A stretch of DNA of 64,000 nucleotides from Marsupella aquatica (GCA_973895155.1 OZ316895.1:5662687-5726686); one strand, 5' to 3'. Counted from the stretch's first letter, positions 35,920 through 56,129 are shown. Numbers and translations: made by a program. Notes: generated from the letters alone by a model not told the origin.

Positions 35920-37265
35920 TCCAGTTCCTTTCGGTCCACCTCCTCCTCAAGACTCGTTGGATTGCAGTCCTTTGAGAATGGTAGGGTTGCGGATTGACGC
36001 TGATGATGATGGCGCCGTCACGCGGACGAAGGGATTCTGCACAAGTCGAAGGAAACGCACCTTCGAGAAAAGCTCGGCAGAATCGAGCTTTCTCGCTTCA
36101 AAAGCTTCGCAGGGTTTTAGGGGGTAGTTGAACCCATATCCGAAGACCGGCTGGAGCCCGTCGTGGACGAGTAGGGTGACTGGGTGCTCCGGTCGCTTCA
36201 ACTCACTCGCTGATACTCAGTGAGCGTGTGCACCAGTTGTGGTTTACGGTTTTCACTTTTTCGCCAAAGTGGCGAATGTCCAGTGTGTGAAGGAGAAGAT
36301 GCTAAAAACATTCCGTATCTGATTGTTTCCTGACCGTCAGATCTCTCTAGATTTAAGGATAACCATTAGATGCTGGCTAAAGGACCTGTGATCAGGTGGG
36401 ACACTAGCTAATGAGACAGAAAAATACTAGCAAATTTTAGCCAAAAAAATGGCCAAAGCTTTTTTGGGAGGTGAAATTTGGCGCCACTAAAAAAATGCTG
36501 GTGTGCACGTCAGGAGATAAAGGGGCCCACTTTGGGGAGATTGAAAGTGAGAGCATATGTTCGGATGGTGGCATGCACCCGTCACCGTCCATCCTCGCTA
36601 GTGGTGCCGGCGAAGTTCAGTGCACTGGAGGGTCAAAGGATAGGGGAAAAGTTTTTGGTATCCAAATTTTGTGATTGGTTTTTTCTGTCAAGGACTTATC
36701 TGTTAAACCTGGGTCAAACAAAGTACAAGGAGTAAAAGCAAAAGTAAACACCAGTCTCTAAAGAAGAGGGCAACTGAGAACCCCAAAACTCTACACAACA
36801 TACACAAAGAAATAATGATTCCTCAGAGTGGCAAGGGTTGACCATTCCAAAAAATGTGTTTTGGTCAAACAAATAAGTTTTTTTTTTCATTTTTTCATTG
36901 GTTGGTTGAAGATACACTACTCTTCAGACGAATTGAAGATTCAACAAAGCTCCCCTCGTTTGTCATGCTTAAATGGAAGGCAGCTTGCCATGATTGGTTA
37001 AAAATTAATATAGGTCCCAGTTCTGATGGTTCACTTTGTAGGTAAACATTGCGGTGAGGTGGCACTTAGTCAACTAAAGATGTGAGGAAAAAGTAAACTT
37101 GTTAGTGTGAAAATTTTTGTTGTTTGCAAGGAAAATTTTGCTGTTAGCAAGGAAAATTTTGTTAGCAATAAAAAGAAATTATTGTCAGCGAGGAAATTAT
37201 TCTTAGTTCCCTCGCTAACAATAATTATTAGTCTCTCAACAAATGTAAATTTCATAACTAAGATG

Positions 37266-38492
37266 ACGCTAAAGTACTTTTTTTTCTCACAAAGTGGGGC
37301 ACCAAGACCCGTCCATATCACGCAAGGGGACGAAAGCCACCCAGGCAAAAAACACAAACAGGGCCCAACACCCAAGCCAAAACACCACACACACCACACA
37401 AACCAGCTCTAATCCAGCCAGGGAGGCCTGAAGCACCCCGTACACGGGGCAACATCACGTCTCCAGGTGAAAGTCTTGCTACTATGCTGAAGTCTCCTTC
37501 TAGGCTTAATCCTATGATGTGGCTGAATGCTACCTCTATAGTCCAAATAAATCCTATGCCTACTGCCAACCTTAGTAAGAATTCTAAAAAGCAGTCTCCT
37601 ACCCTCCTTAGTCCACGAGTTTGGTGCAGAGCCAGGTGCCCTGGTGCTGCCCCACACCCCGACAGTGAAGAGCTGGCAGTCACTCTTCAGTTTCATTTGT
37701 GTTAAGGGCAAGCGGAATATCAAGAGTCTCCCATGGCTTAAGTACAGCCTGGAGTTGGTTAAGAGCACTACTCAATTGTCTTAGTTTTCTTTACAGATTG
37801 GCAGATGTCAATCATAGCCCTAAGATGTGTTTCAGGTTGTCACTGGACAACTCAACCTGGGAGACGACCCAGAAACTGAGAGTAGGTAGCATCATTCCGT
37901 TCTTTCCAAATGCTTGAGCACATCTCCATAATCAAAACCACTTGGCCAGATTTCCTTTTCTGCATCTACACAGCAGTAATGACTGCTTCGTGCAGAGATC
38001 CCTGTGGAGTCTTCCAATTCCTAGCTCGCTGCAGAAGACGTTGCACCTCTCTCCATCTTGCAGTAACAATAGGACAGCTGAAGAACATGTGCTCCGTGTG
38101 CTTGAATTGAGTTTTACATTTAGCACATAAGCCATCTGAACCCCCCGTGACTAGCCCTGCCATTGGTGAGAATCCATGATTCAAAAATCGCCACAAAAAG
38201 AATCTCACCTTGGGGAAAACTAGCCTCCCCAGATTTTCTTCTTCAGTGACATCAAGCTCCATGGTTAAGTTGCATTTGTTCCAAATCCTAGTGGAGAATG
38301 ACCAGCCTCTACTCCCCCCGCCCCCAGTCCCATTGCCAGCCGGCACAGTCCTGCAGCTCAACCATGGCCATTTCCGAAAAACATTTTATCTTACTATAGA
38401 AAGTGTTGAAACCTCCGTTACCAATCCTCCTAGTGCTCCGGATCCAACAATAGATCTCATCCTGTGGGATCCACCGGCCTAACACTAAAGTA
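37266..38492 (-). mobile_element. Old, degenerate 5'-truncated L1-type LINE remnant
   Basis: The zf-RVT-like segment PKVRFFLWRFLNHGF..DGLCAKCK..TEHMFFSC closely parallels the LINE at 56.1-59.8 kb (PKVRFFVWRLVQHGF..DGLCPRCK..TDHLFCSC). A T-tract at ~37278 is the poly-A tail. Candidate 11-bp TSD ACGCTAAAGTA (37266) / ACACTAAAGTA (38482). Confidence 0.82.
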
Positions 38493-38645
38493 GACCTCAG
38501 TTATAACATCTTTACTTTACCCTTAGTCAGAGGGTTAAGGTTCTTCTTGCCAGGGCTTCTGCCCAGTCTCTTCGGTTTATTGGCCCTCTCCCTTTTCTCC
38601 CTTGATTGGGTCTTTTGTTTGAGGGATCATGTTTTTTTGGCAGTG

Positions 38646-38866
38646 TGATATATATCTTTAGTGACAGTGACATATGTATGTGATACGTATCTATAGTGAC
38701 ATTGACATATGTTCGTAAATAGAATAAGAAAACATAAATCCTCTAAGAAAGATGACACTAAAATAAAGACATATATGTGATATGTAACTATAGTGACATT
38801 GACATATGTTTGTAAATAGAATAAAAATATATACATACGCTAAGAGAGATGACACTAAAGTAAAGA
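38646..38866. repeat. About 100-bp AT-rich tandem duplication with an internal ~28-bp subunit
   Basis: TATAGTGACATTGACATATGTT.GTAAATAGAATAA...TAAGA.AGATGACACTAAA.TAAAGA occurs twice, plus a partial third subunit. Confidence 0.85.
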
Positions 38867-40356
38867 GTCCCACTTTGCTAGGAGGTGCTGAAGGAAGGAA
38901 GCTCAGTGTTTGAGCAGATCGGATTCGCCTGGTGTGTTGTGACGAGGTGTTCGATTGCAACGAAGGGAAAGTAAAGGAAGAGCATTAGGAAAGCGTTTTT
39001 CTCGAGTATCGTTTGGCTTCAGACCAAGTTTTGTGATGCAAGGAGTCTTCACCATTACGCAAGATCTAGTAGAGATCGATTGTTGAACTGCTTCTGCCCG
39101 AAGACAAACCTATTTCGCTTGGGTTACTGTCTCTGAATGCTTTGCGCAGATTTTTTGCGGCAGAGGCCTGCTGGGAACCATTGGGGAGTCTGTTCCCAGC
39201 ACTGTTGCCCTCCTGTGAATGTTATGGTGGCCCAATTTTCAGGCACAGGGAATGAATCCAGGTACTGTACGGTAACGAAAGAGCCACTCTTGACCGGCAC
39301 GTAATGTCGCTTTTGTTTGAGTTCTGTTTCCCTGGCAATTCAAGATTTCAGAAGCTGAATTGTCTTAAATGTTTGATGGAGTGTTAACGTTTGTTCTGGC
39401 GGACCTTTTGTTACTGATGGGAACTTTCTTTGTTTGGATGAACGTGGGGGCACTCCAGGTGCTACCCGAACTCTTTGCAATCACCGCGGAGGATTTGTAG
39501 TTTTTATGGACTCTTGTGACACCTCTTCTCAATCGGTAGGTACTCTGTTTTTGCTTTTCTGCTATTTGCTCTAGTAACTCATTCATACTTTCCTCGCTTT
39601 CTAGCTCTGCGGCTCTTGATGAACCAATTCTTCTTCAGATGAGTACGGTGTCTCAGTCGTGATCGGAATGCTATGAATTCGGAAGCTCTGCAAGCAAGCC
39701 TTTGCTGTTATCCTATTTATTGTCTAAGACTATCTCTATTCTACTGGCTCTCTCGATCCTCTCGTTCAACGAAAGTCAAGAATTTCTTTGAGCCAATGAT
39801 TCAGGGGGAGTTGATTTGTAATGGCTCGATTGTCCTGCAGAGGAAATCTGCAGGGAACTGTCCCAGTAAAACGAGTCTCTAGGATTTGAATCAATTCGCA
39901 GACAGTCGTACGAGCAGGCTTCCTGATGATGCAATGGAGATCATCGGCGGACGCCCCTAGTACTGTTGCCAGCTTCCGTGTCTGACGGACATGGAGTCGA
40001 ACTGTGATTCGTCTCAGAAAGACCAGGTGGGTTTCTGTGCTCAATGGAGAGAATGGGTCCTCCTAATATAAATACGACCTAATTCTCTTTAATCGTAGCG
40101 TCACAGACGCGCCGTATATTCATGCCTTATTTTCTTTTCAGGATCTGTCTGATTGGTTTGCTGGACCGAGATAGTAATATCTTGAAGGGGCAAAAGCATT
40201 ACAGAGCTTTGGAGAGGATTTTTCTAAAGTATGAGTCCTATCAATTGTCATAGTTAGCTGACGATTCAAGCCGGTCTTGAAATCTACTCACAGATGTGCG
40301 CTTGGTGACTGCAGGACAGTGACGGCAGTTTCTCGGGATTTTCGAACGGTCGTAAA

Positions 40357-47059
<6,703 letters not shown>

Positions 47060-49159
47060 TGTTGCCCTTAGTTTAAAAAGATTCTGAAATTATACATCTG
47101 GGATTTGTTCCCTGTAGTTAAGACCTGTGATCCATTGAGTTGCGGAATACATTACTCAGGATTCCATCCTAAATTGAGAGAATTGGTTTCTCGAGCAGAG
47201 GGATCCTCTCTGTATTTACATCCTCTGTCAAGATTGTTGCATAACTGGATGATTTGAGCGATACGCATTTCTTCTCTGTAAGTTGTGACTAATCGGCGAT
47301 ATGTGAGAGAACCTGAAATTGGACATATCTGTCTCATACTTCTCAGACGAGCTTCCTTTGTCTTTGAATGATGAAATTTACAAGATGCCTTGTTGTCCAG
47401 CACTGGATAGAAGGGAATTGCTAATTGTAGGAGCATCTTTGAGAACATCACAATACAACTTGTTTCATTCAACTTGGCACTAGCGGATACTGCCTCTACT
47501 CAATTGTTGGTACCCATAAGAAGGTTGGCTTCCCCCAATATACACCCGTTTTCAATGTGACCAAGCAACAGTTTTGTATCGTACACACACGATCTGATCA
47601 TGTTAAGTTCTTGATACATGCACATCCGCCTGATAAAGTTGGGCAAGCCCTCTTGATTCTCATATGGTTTTTTCTGCCCACTGGCCTATATAAGGGGGGA
47701 GTTTCCAAGTTTTCTTTCTTTCTTTCTTTCTTTCTTCACTTTCTAGTTCTACTATGCCACACTTCTTCTACCATGCCAGGCTCCTCCACCCTGTCAAAAA
47801 AATACTATTAGTGGTGAAAATTAGTGGATCCAGGTCAGATGATGGACAGTGGCACTTTAAAGCTAACTGGGGACAAAAGTAACCAGGGATCAAAAGTAAC
47901 CAGGGATCCTGAGAACTGTAGGCTGATCGAAGCACGGCTCTAAACTTAAGCACAGCAATAGTGGGGTCACATTCCAGCTAGTTTGCTGGGATGCCACAGT
48001 GGGGTCTACTCCGCCTATCAATAAGGACAGTTGGTTTGATTTTTCATTTTTGATTTAGTTTCTTTTTGGGTTTGAAAATATTCGTTGATTCCGAAGTTTC
48101 CACCTAGGGGGTTCATCAAGCATACTTCAAATCTAGGATGCTTCAAATTTCATGGGAGTATTGTCTTCAGATAATACTGGGACTGTCAAGAATATTTCAA
48201 ATCTTGGGGCTATTGTTTGGAGATAATATTACATCAATTTCAAATATCTCTAGAAAAGTTGTTGCGAGTATTTGGTATATTGACATTTTGTCTTCCTTTC
48301 CTTTTTTGAAGATACAGATGACACTGCACAAATGAATTCCAAGACACACTTGGCAAAAACTATCACGGAGCAGAGAAAAAGACCCAAGGGGCAGCCTTCC
48401 TGTACCCAGACTCCCCATGCCCATCCCTAAGCACAAGCATAATCTAAATATGATAACTTTGGGTTAGAGTAGAAATTATGGCCTAAGGTTACACTATATA
48501 GTTTCTCATAAATTGCAACCACTGTTATTTATTTTTCTATTAGAAGTATGTCGCACTATTTTAAGATTTTATATTGCTTTACAAACATTGTCACTGATAC
48601 ATCAGTATCTTCCATCAAAGATTTGGTAGTGGGAGTCTTTCAGGATGTCCTACTTGTGAAAACTATTAGATCTTTGTCTTGAGCAAGGGTTGCGCCAGGG
48701 ATCGCCCACTCCCACTGTATTCCTAACCGCTGGGGGCTGCATTTTAAGTTCATATACAAGTGCACAATATAAATATACTTTTTACTGTTTGATTCCAATG
48801 AGACTGCACACAATTGAGCTGGGTGAGATCTCCCAATGAACTTAATATACATACCCGTGATATTACTTTATTATTAGCATTCGTGATAGTATTTAATTTC
48901 CAAGAACTTACATTGATAAATATAGGCTTTGTCACTTTTCTTCCACATTCAATCTACTTGAGAGAGTTTTCGTTATCACTTTTGAAAATTTATTTAATTT
49001 TTAATTCAAATATACATGATGACATAAACTTGGTATGGAACAAATGTTACTGGTGTAAACTTTTACTGGAGGTCCTGGTCCCTCTTATTTCCATAATCTC
49101 TTGCCTGGAAAATCATCTGAACTTTTTTCCATGCCATATTTATGTATTATAAGAACAGT

Positions 49160-49475
49160 CTTGGCTGGGGTTATAGTTTGAACCCTGTTCCCAAAATACT
49201 CAGAAAAACTTCCGGGCTCCTCCAGCTGTTAGTCATTTTCTATCAATCATAGGGTTACTCTCTAGTAACCAAATGTCCACACCCTCATTATCCTATACAA
49301 AAATTCAGTCAGGAAAACAGGTAACCAGCATTAAAACATTTATGGAGGCCCTTGTTATTCACATAATTGCCCCAAAATGAACTTTTCCCTGGAGAGAAAT
49401 TTAGTACTATAATGCATGTATCAGCCGGGCTTCTAGCCTAACCCCTGTCCCAAGAATGCTTAGAAAACCTCTTCC
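49160..49475 (+). repeat. Degenerate dispersed repeat family (GGCTGGGGTT.TAG...AACCCTGTTCCCAAAATAC core), copies at ~49160 and ~49420
   Basis: The same core recurs at ~55660 and ~55885. Confidence 0.55.
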
Positions 49476-50049
49476 TGACTGCCGTGGCCCGTGGGTCAGT
49501 GTTTTTTTCCAGTTTCTGGTGGTCAGAGGCTAGTAACCCCAGCCTACACCATCATTATCCGATACATTATAGGATAATAATCTATAGGAAAGAAAAAAAC
49601 ATATTATTGTAGTGAATTTCAGATCGGCAGATTCCCAAGCAGTAAAGCGATCGCCTAGGATTCGGACCCGGGTGAGTGCGGTCGTGCGAACTCGAACTGA
49701 CTGGACTACTGGAGCAACCTGATCATTATTGCTGATCAAATAATAATACTAAGGCGATAATACTGCCTGTTGCCCGTCATGCCGGAACAACGAAGTGATC
49801 CGCACTCCGCACCTCTCTGTCTGTCTCCTTTCTTGCTCGCTGCTCGGCGTCGCGCCCGTTTTCCCGTTCTACGAGGGAACGCACCGAGAGCAGGGAGAGC
49901 CCGGAGAGGAAGGGACGGAGGCAGCTCGCAGAGAACGCGCGCCGACGTGCTTGGGAAGTGCGCATGAACAATCTAGGCACGGAGCGATGGTCGAGCATTA
50001 TGTGCTGCGCGGAAGAGAGGTCTTGCTCCCGCTCGCGGCGCGTTCGAAC

Positions 50050-50312
50050 GCCGAAATCGCTCCAGCAATTGCTGGACCGTCGACCCCGGCATTATGCCGC
50101 TCTTCTGCGCAGTGGTGTGGTCCCTGTCGATGAGCGGGTGTTGCTAGAGCCAGCCGGACAAGGATTCGGGAAGGAGCAGCACTTGCTCGGTCGCCGAAAT
50201 CGCTCCATGAATTGCTGGACCGTCCGAGTCATCGGTGATGCGCTAATGTGGTCCCTATCGATGGGGTGTTGAGAGAGCCAGCCACGGATTTCCGGGAAGG
50301 AGCGCTACCTTT
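50050..50312. repeat. GC-rich diverged ~140-bp tandem duplication
   Basis: CGCCGAAATCGCTCCA...AATTGCTGGACCGTC...GTGGTCCCT.TCGATG...GGGTGTTG..AGAGCCAGCC...CGGGAAGGAGC is present twice. Confidence 0.8.
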
Positions 50313-50940
50313 GCGGGAGCAATTGGATCGGACTCGGGAGTATATTGTGACTTCATCCATTCCAGCCTGGTGAGGGATTGAGTCCACGGAGAATCCGTCG
50401 CTTGATCAATTTCAACGTTCTATGCAATTCGTCTACACCCGTGAATAGAGGTCGGGTCTTATGTGTCAGCGTGCACGAAGATTGTAGATTCACGTCGTAG
50501 CTGTGGAGACTCCCAGCGTGCATGCGCACCAGAGGTTGTTCTCTTTCGGTTTCATTCAAGGTGATCCATTCGAAGTGCATGTGGCATCTTGTCGTCTGAG
50601 CTGGGAAGTGAATTAACAAGTTACGTGAAGCCAAAGCTACGTTACAGAAGGTTTCCTTACGGTTTTCGTTCTGCTAGTGCAACAGATTTCTCATTGAACA
50701 TTGCTTTCTGAACAGATTTCGTTATGAGGAAAAATGCTGGAGATAACGTAAGCTTAGGTAGATTTTGTTCGTGACTTGCTGTCGATCGGGGCTGCTCATC
50801 TCAACGGAATGACTTAAGAGTTCCTGAATCAAATATTTGTCGTCAATCGTGACGGAAGGAATGACACACGTCTGCTCTATGTTGTGTTGACCATTGGATG
50901 TGTGCATTGCAGAGACAACGGACGAGCCTATTTTGGAGTG

Positions 50941-52938
50941 ATGGCCAGCATGAAGGGGTCCATTCTTCTTTCTTGTTCCTTGTTTGTGCTGCTCGTGACG
51001 CAGACTGCATGGGGACAATTGTATAACAGTACTGGCAATCTCACGCCTCCAACTGGAAACAGGTTATACTATAGGATACAACTACCGCATTCGTGCTTGC
51101 AACTGCTTACAGATTGCAATTCTCCTTGCTTTTCCTTCATATCAATTTGTCTTGCGCGCATATATGGTTTTTGAAAATTGCGCGACAGACGCCAACAATT
51201 AACGTGGTGCATCGCAGTCCAACGATCGTTGCGAAGACCAGAAGTGCGTACCTTGTCTACACCTGCACGAAAGGCGCCTGGGTCCCTTTTAAAGGATATG
51301 CAACTTTAGTGGATGAAACGACCAATCAGATTGTCGGAAACTACACGATGACAACTGATAACCAAGGCTATCTCGGAACTTGGACTTTGATAAATTCCCC
51401 CGGAGATAGGGAAGAATCTGGATACGACTCGAGTGTTGTGACAGGTAATATAGCAAGATGTCGGGTTATGGTCATGGTCACAACAGACAAAGCTCAGCGT
51501 TCATCTGAATTACTCCGAGGGCATAGTTTTCCTGTTCAGGTGTCGTGCCGTAGCACAAACGGGAGCACAACTCGTGCAGTGCCTGCGTCCGCTTGTTATT
51601 GTATCGATCCTTGACGATCTGCGTTTGGCACAGTCAGCATTTCGACCAATTTTCGTCTCGTCTGTTTCCAGAGTGTCAATGTGTTCGATCAAATGGGTGA
51701 TTATACTCCTAATATTGCTCGGTTCCCTCGAATCTATATAGTGGCCGGTTATAACGAGGGCTTTCATGTGTTCTATGTCTCACGCATAATTTCTAAAAGA
51801 AAATATTGACAGGTTGTCCAATAACTGTGTATGCACTTGTTCTTCTCAGGAAGACTTCTGGCATATTCTAGCGTCGGGGCCGGCAAACTTCCGAATCAAC
51901 TGATGGAGGCTGCCTCTCATCTTTACTCCGGCGGAGCGTCAGCTGTGTCCTACGTTCAAATGTACAATATAATCGGAGGCGTGTCTCCACCTAAGGAGAA
52001 ATGTTCGACGCACAGTTATAGTGTGACCGTGTCTTTCCACGCTGAGTTCTGTCTATGGGCACAGGATCCTGTCCCAGCGACAGTGCCAGGACAGCTAGTG
52101 TCACCTGGGCGATTCGTGGAGAACTTTTTTGGGAAAGGAAACATCACATACAAATTCAACGGCAGGTATCGCTACAAATACCGGGTTGCACACTATTGAG
52201 CTTAATCTCTTTGCAAATTTCTCTGCGTCTCCTGAGATGAATGACATCTGGAACAACATATTCATTGAGGTTTTCATGAGTAAGTTATTAACTTGCGTGC
52301 GTGAGTGTCTCGCAGTCGCTGGCTAGAGTGCGGAAGGGTGGCCACGCTTTACTCTATTCCCGGCACGCCGGCGCTTGGACAGTTTACGTTAACTAAAGGT
52401 GTTGAATGCTGGGAAGTATATGGCACCAGTGGATTAACGTTGTACGGGTTACGACTTTCGCCAGAAGTGAAGGTTGCGCCAAATGCCTGTCCCTGGAGCT
52501 TGAGCAAGGTCACCGCTTCGTCCGGCGCTATGTAAGTTCCCACTCCTTCCAACTGGCCGGTGCTGATCTAATTACGAGTCCAAGATGATGCTATCTCTTG
52601 TTAGTGCACTTCGTATACCCTGGAGAAGGCGAGTCCTTCCAACTGGCCGGTGCTGATCTACTTACGAGTCAAAGATGATGCTATCTCTTGCTAGTGCATT
52701 TCGTATACCCTGGAGAAGGCGAGGTCAAATAATTGTCAGCGGATGTTGCTTATTTATTTGTGGCCACTCTGTTCATTTGCATTGATGCAGGATGAATCTA
52801 GGCACCTTCACTCATGTGCAGACGGTTTCAACGAGAGGAGGACTGGCCCCCTCTTTAAGCTACATTAAAACTCCCGCGCCGGGAGCAACGAGTTCAGTTC
52901 CGTATTCAGCTATTTATTGTTTGTATGTATCGGGATAA
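50941..52938 (+). CDS. Secreted protein with two tandem DUF3455-like domains, 5 exons: 50941-51062, 51218-51444, 51850-52165, 52316-52531, 52791-52938
   Basis: The signal peptide is MASMKGSILLSCSLFVLLVTQTAWG. Domain 1 reads VYTC..W....ATL...SYVQMYNIIGGVSP...C....VSFHAEFCLW. Domain 2 reads GNITYKF..W....ATL...PWSL...THVQTVSTRGGLAP...VPYSAIYCLY. GT-AG junctions are in frame. The last exon is missing from the ORF track. Confidence 0.78.
52544..52723. repeat. 90-bp tandem duplication inside intron 4 of the DUF3455-like gene
   Basis: Units 52544-52633 and 52634-52723 differ at about 4 positions. Confidence 0.95.
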
Positions 52939-55659
52939 GCTATCTCAGTGAGGGCTGACATCGACGCCCTCGTAGCCAAAAAGCATATAGTTACATGTCT
53001 ATTTAAGGTCCTGTGAGTTTCAGCCTTCCTGACTACAGTCGACATCAGGAGGAACTGAGATATTGAGTTACTCCGGGCCTCCTCGAGAGAAATTTCTCAT
53101 ACCCCAGCCATCTCGGGGATGGGTACTGTATAGCCTGTAGGCAAATGAGCTAAGATTCTTCTTCCGCTACGCCAGGTCGAGTAGCCAGACAGCTCGCTGT
53201 GGAGGCGGGAGCGGGATGGAGAAAGATTGTGGATCCAGAAGCAACCTTGAAAGATTGATCAAAAGATGTAGGCTGTATAGTACTTTACGTGCATATAAAT
53301 TTTGTACATACTATCGAGTCTGACATTCAAACGAGAAGTCAATTGCAGCTTGGTAGTAGCTACGAACATGCTATTATTCTATTAACTTAAGACCTTCAAG
53401 GTGTATATACGATTTTCGCCAATGTAAGAACTGTGAGTAAGTTGTGAGAGAATCGAGCTAGATTGTAATTCTTTGAAGAATCTTTCGCGAAGATCTTCCA
53501 CTCATGCTTGCATACTGCATCCTGGCAAGCTTTTCGAGGTACATCAGCGGAGAGAAAGGAAGCAAGGTCTCGTCGCTTACCGTTTGCTACGTAAAACCTG
53601 GTTCCATCAAAACCTCCATCTGTACCAATACAGATCTCACGAGTGATGAGTTGTGATATGCAGAGATTTAGTAATGGATGGACGTTCAGTGATCGTCCAG
53701 GATTATCCGTGCTATTATCCGTGTCTCAATCCTCATTCTCCATTGTTCTTGCCGGCGCTGCTTTGGCACAGCGCAGAGTTTTTTTCGCGGAGGAAGACAC
53801 ATGTACAGCCCTGTCAGTGCGCAACTGCCTGTGTACGTGAAGCTGCTCATTTACGGAGCTTCGGACAAATTGTCTCATCGTGCGAGCAGAGTCGAGCTCC
53901 GCCCAGGCTGGAAGTACACAGTCAGCTTTCGAGCCCGGTGATAATTATACAGGCAGTGTACGCTTTCACATGAGAGGAGCTGTCCGTCAGATAATCGAAG
54001 GTGGCATGGGGCACTAATCTGTCTTCTCTTCTGCCTTGTATCTTATCTGTCATCTGATAATGTACGGTATCACACGTACTTCGAAATGGGGTCTGCCAAA
54101 TTACGAAGTCAGGCCTTTTCGTTTGCCTCGAGCGGAAAATTATTACCACGTGAGGTCTGGCACAAGAGCGAGCCAAAGCTTTGAATCAATCTTAAAATTC
54201 TGACACAGTTCCATGCTTACCAATATGCTATCCAGCTAGATCAAATGATTCCAGCTTTCTTAACTTCGGGCTTAACTTTCTAGAGCACGGTCGATTACAT
54301 CCCGGCCTTCAGCGAATACCGATGGCATCACCCATCAGCGCCCTAATTCACTGTCGAGCGTCAGCATTTCTGAACGAGAACTTCCCGCATTCGCTCGATT
54401 CACCGAGATATGAGTGACACACATCCGATGATTGTGATGGACCTCTCCGGCAGCCTCGGAAGCAATTGGCTTCATTTGGTGATACGTATACGGTAGCCAG
54501 CCTGCTGATCGCTAGCCACAGACCAAGTAATTAAGAGCCTCAATCTCCAGGGTCAGTGACTTCCTTTGTTGCGTGATTGCCATCGGTTCCACGCTTTGAA
54601 ATATTTCATTGAATTCCATCGTGATAGCATCGTTCGCTCTGACGCTCCAACTCCCTCACTGTTCAATTACTCCCCACAAGCCATGGGCATCCGATGATAA
54701 CAGAAGGCATGGGAGAGATCGAATTCATTGTCGAATTGCCTGGCAGACCTGACCGATATATGGAAGCTCAAGAAAACCACCGAAACGATGTCATTCACGG
54801 CGTGTCAATCGTCTCACCATCATGTAGAGAATAAAAGTTCTACACTGCTGACAACGGTGACTCGTGATTGCATTAGTAGCACCCGGGCCGCACAATCGTC
54901 TCGCTTTTGACCCAATCCCGTACCTGACAATGGATGTCTACGGTACACAGTACTGTACTGGACAGATCAGTTCGATCAGCAAGCTCACAGATGGGAGCAT
55001 TTGGCCAGCTTGCTCTCGATGTCGTTCGTTCGTCCTTGGTTCGGTAAACGAGCTATGGCGTCTTACGCATCACCACGTACTCACCAGGCTCAGGAGCCGT
55101 CGGCTGGGCGACCACGACTGTACATGGATTGCATGCATGCACGGGGCACGTCCCGTGAGTTCTTCCATCGCAGTTTTTGCTACTGACTAGCTGAGCGACG
55201 CGATCAGTGGGCAGACAGTATGGCTGAGACGGACCTTCTACCATACCGTAGTCCCATCCGGGTTCGCGCAAAATAAACTTTTCAAATTCTGGACCTGGCT
55301 GAGAAGACATTTTAGAGTGCTTTTGAAACCTCCAAAAACCTCAAAAATAGAGGATAGCTCATGTGTGGGCGGCCGGTTACTAACCCTCCATCTGAAATGT
55401 GAATAAGCTAAGAGGTGGTAACCGGGAAACTTTTTCAAAGATTCACTTAGCGGGGTTACAATGTAGAACCATGCCAAGGTGCCTGTACCTTGGTACTAAT
55501 AACTAAATTTGGTGTGGAACAACTTAGGTTAGTGGTGTGTAACCGTTTGTAGAGGTTACCAGCATGTAACCATTTTTGCAGGTCCTCGTTATTTTCATAA
55601 TCTACTGCCCCTAAAATCAGGATCGTTACTAACCATCATACCAGACTGAATTGATGTAC

Positions 55660-55935
55660 TGGCTGGGGTTCTAGTCCAAACCTGCTCCTAAAATACAAAC
55701 AAAAGTTTCTCTCTTACGGTTGCCTACAAGCTTTTCTTGACTTTCTGGTCTAAAGATTATAATCTAGTAACATAGAGGTCACAGTGTGTAACCAGGTCCA
55801 GGGCTGCTATTTCCATGCCTGCCCAGAAAGTAATGATCATAAACTTTTTCCCAGATCATATTTCTGTTCTATAATGATGGTATGGGTTGGGCTTTGAATC
55901 TGAACCCTGTTCCCAAAATTCTCAAAAAATTGTCC
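55660..55935 (+). repeat. Second cluster of the degenerate repeat family seen at 49160-49475
   Basis: GGCTGGGGTTCTAGTCCAAACCTGCTCCTAAAATAC (~55661) and GGGTTGGGCTTTGAATCTGAACCCTGTTCCCAAAATTCTC (~55884). Confidence 0.55.
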
Positions 55936-56129
55936 CAGCTAATGATGGCCAACTATTTTCACTCCCTGGTTGCAAGGTTATAACTTATTAACCCTAGCTG
56001 TAACCTGTCAGTGCCCAAACAGTCATTATCTTATACATAAATAGTGTCTGGACAAAGACTACCTGGTTCTATATCTGTCAGGTGTGCACTCATTTATTTA
56101 AAGAAAACAATGAGGGTTATCATGGTATG

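Noticed and set aside
53000-55500. Short ORFs downstream of the DUF3455-like gene
   Set aside because: No recognisable domains or consistent exon chain.
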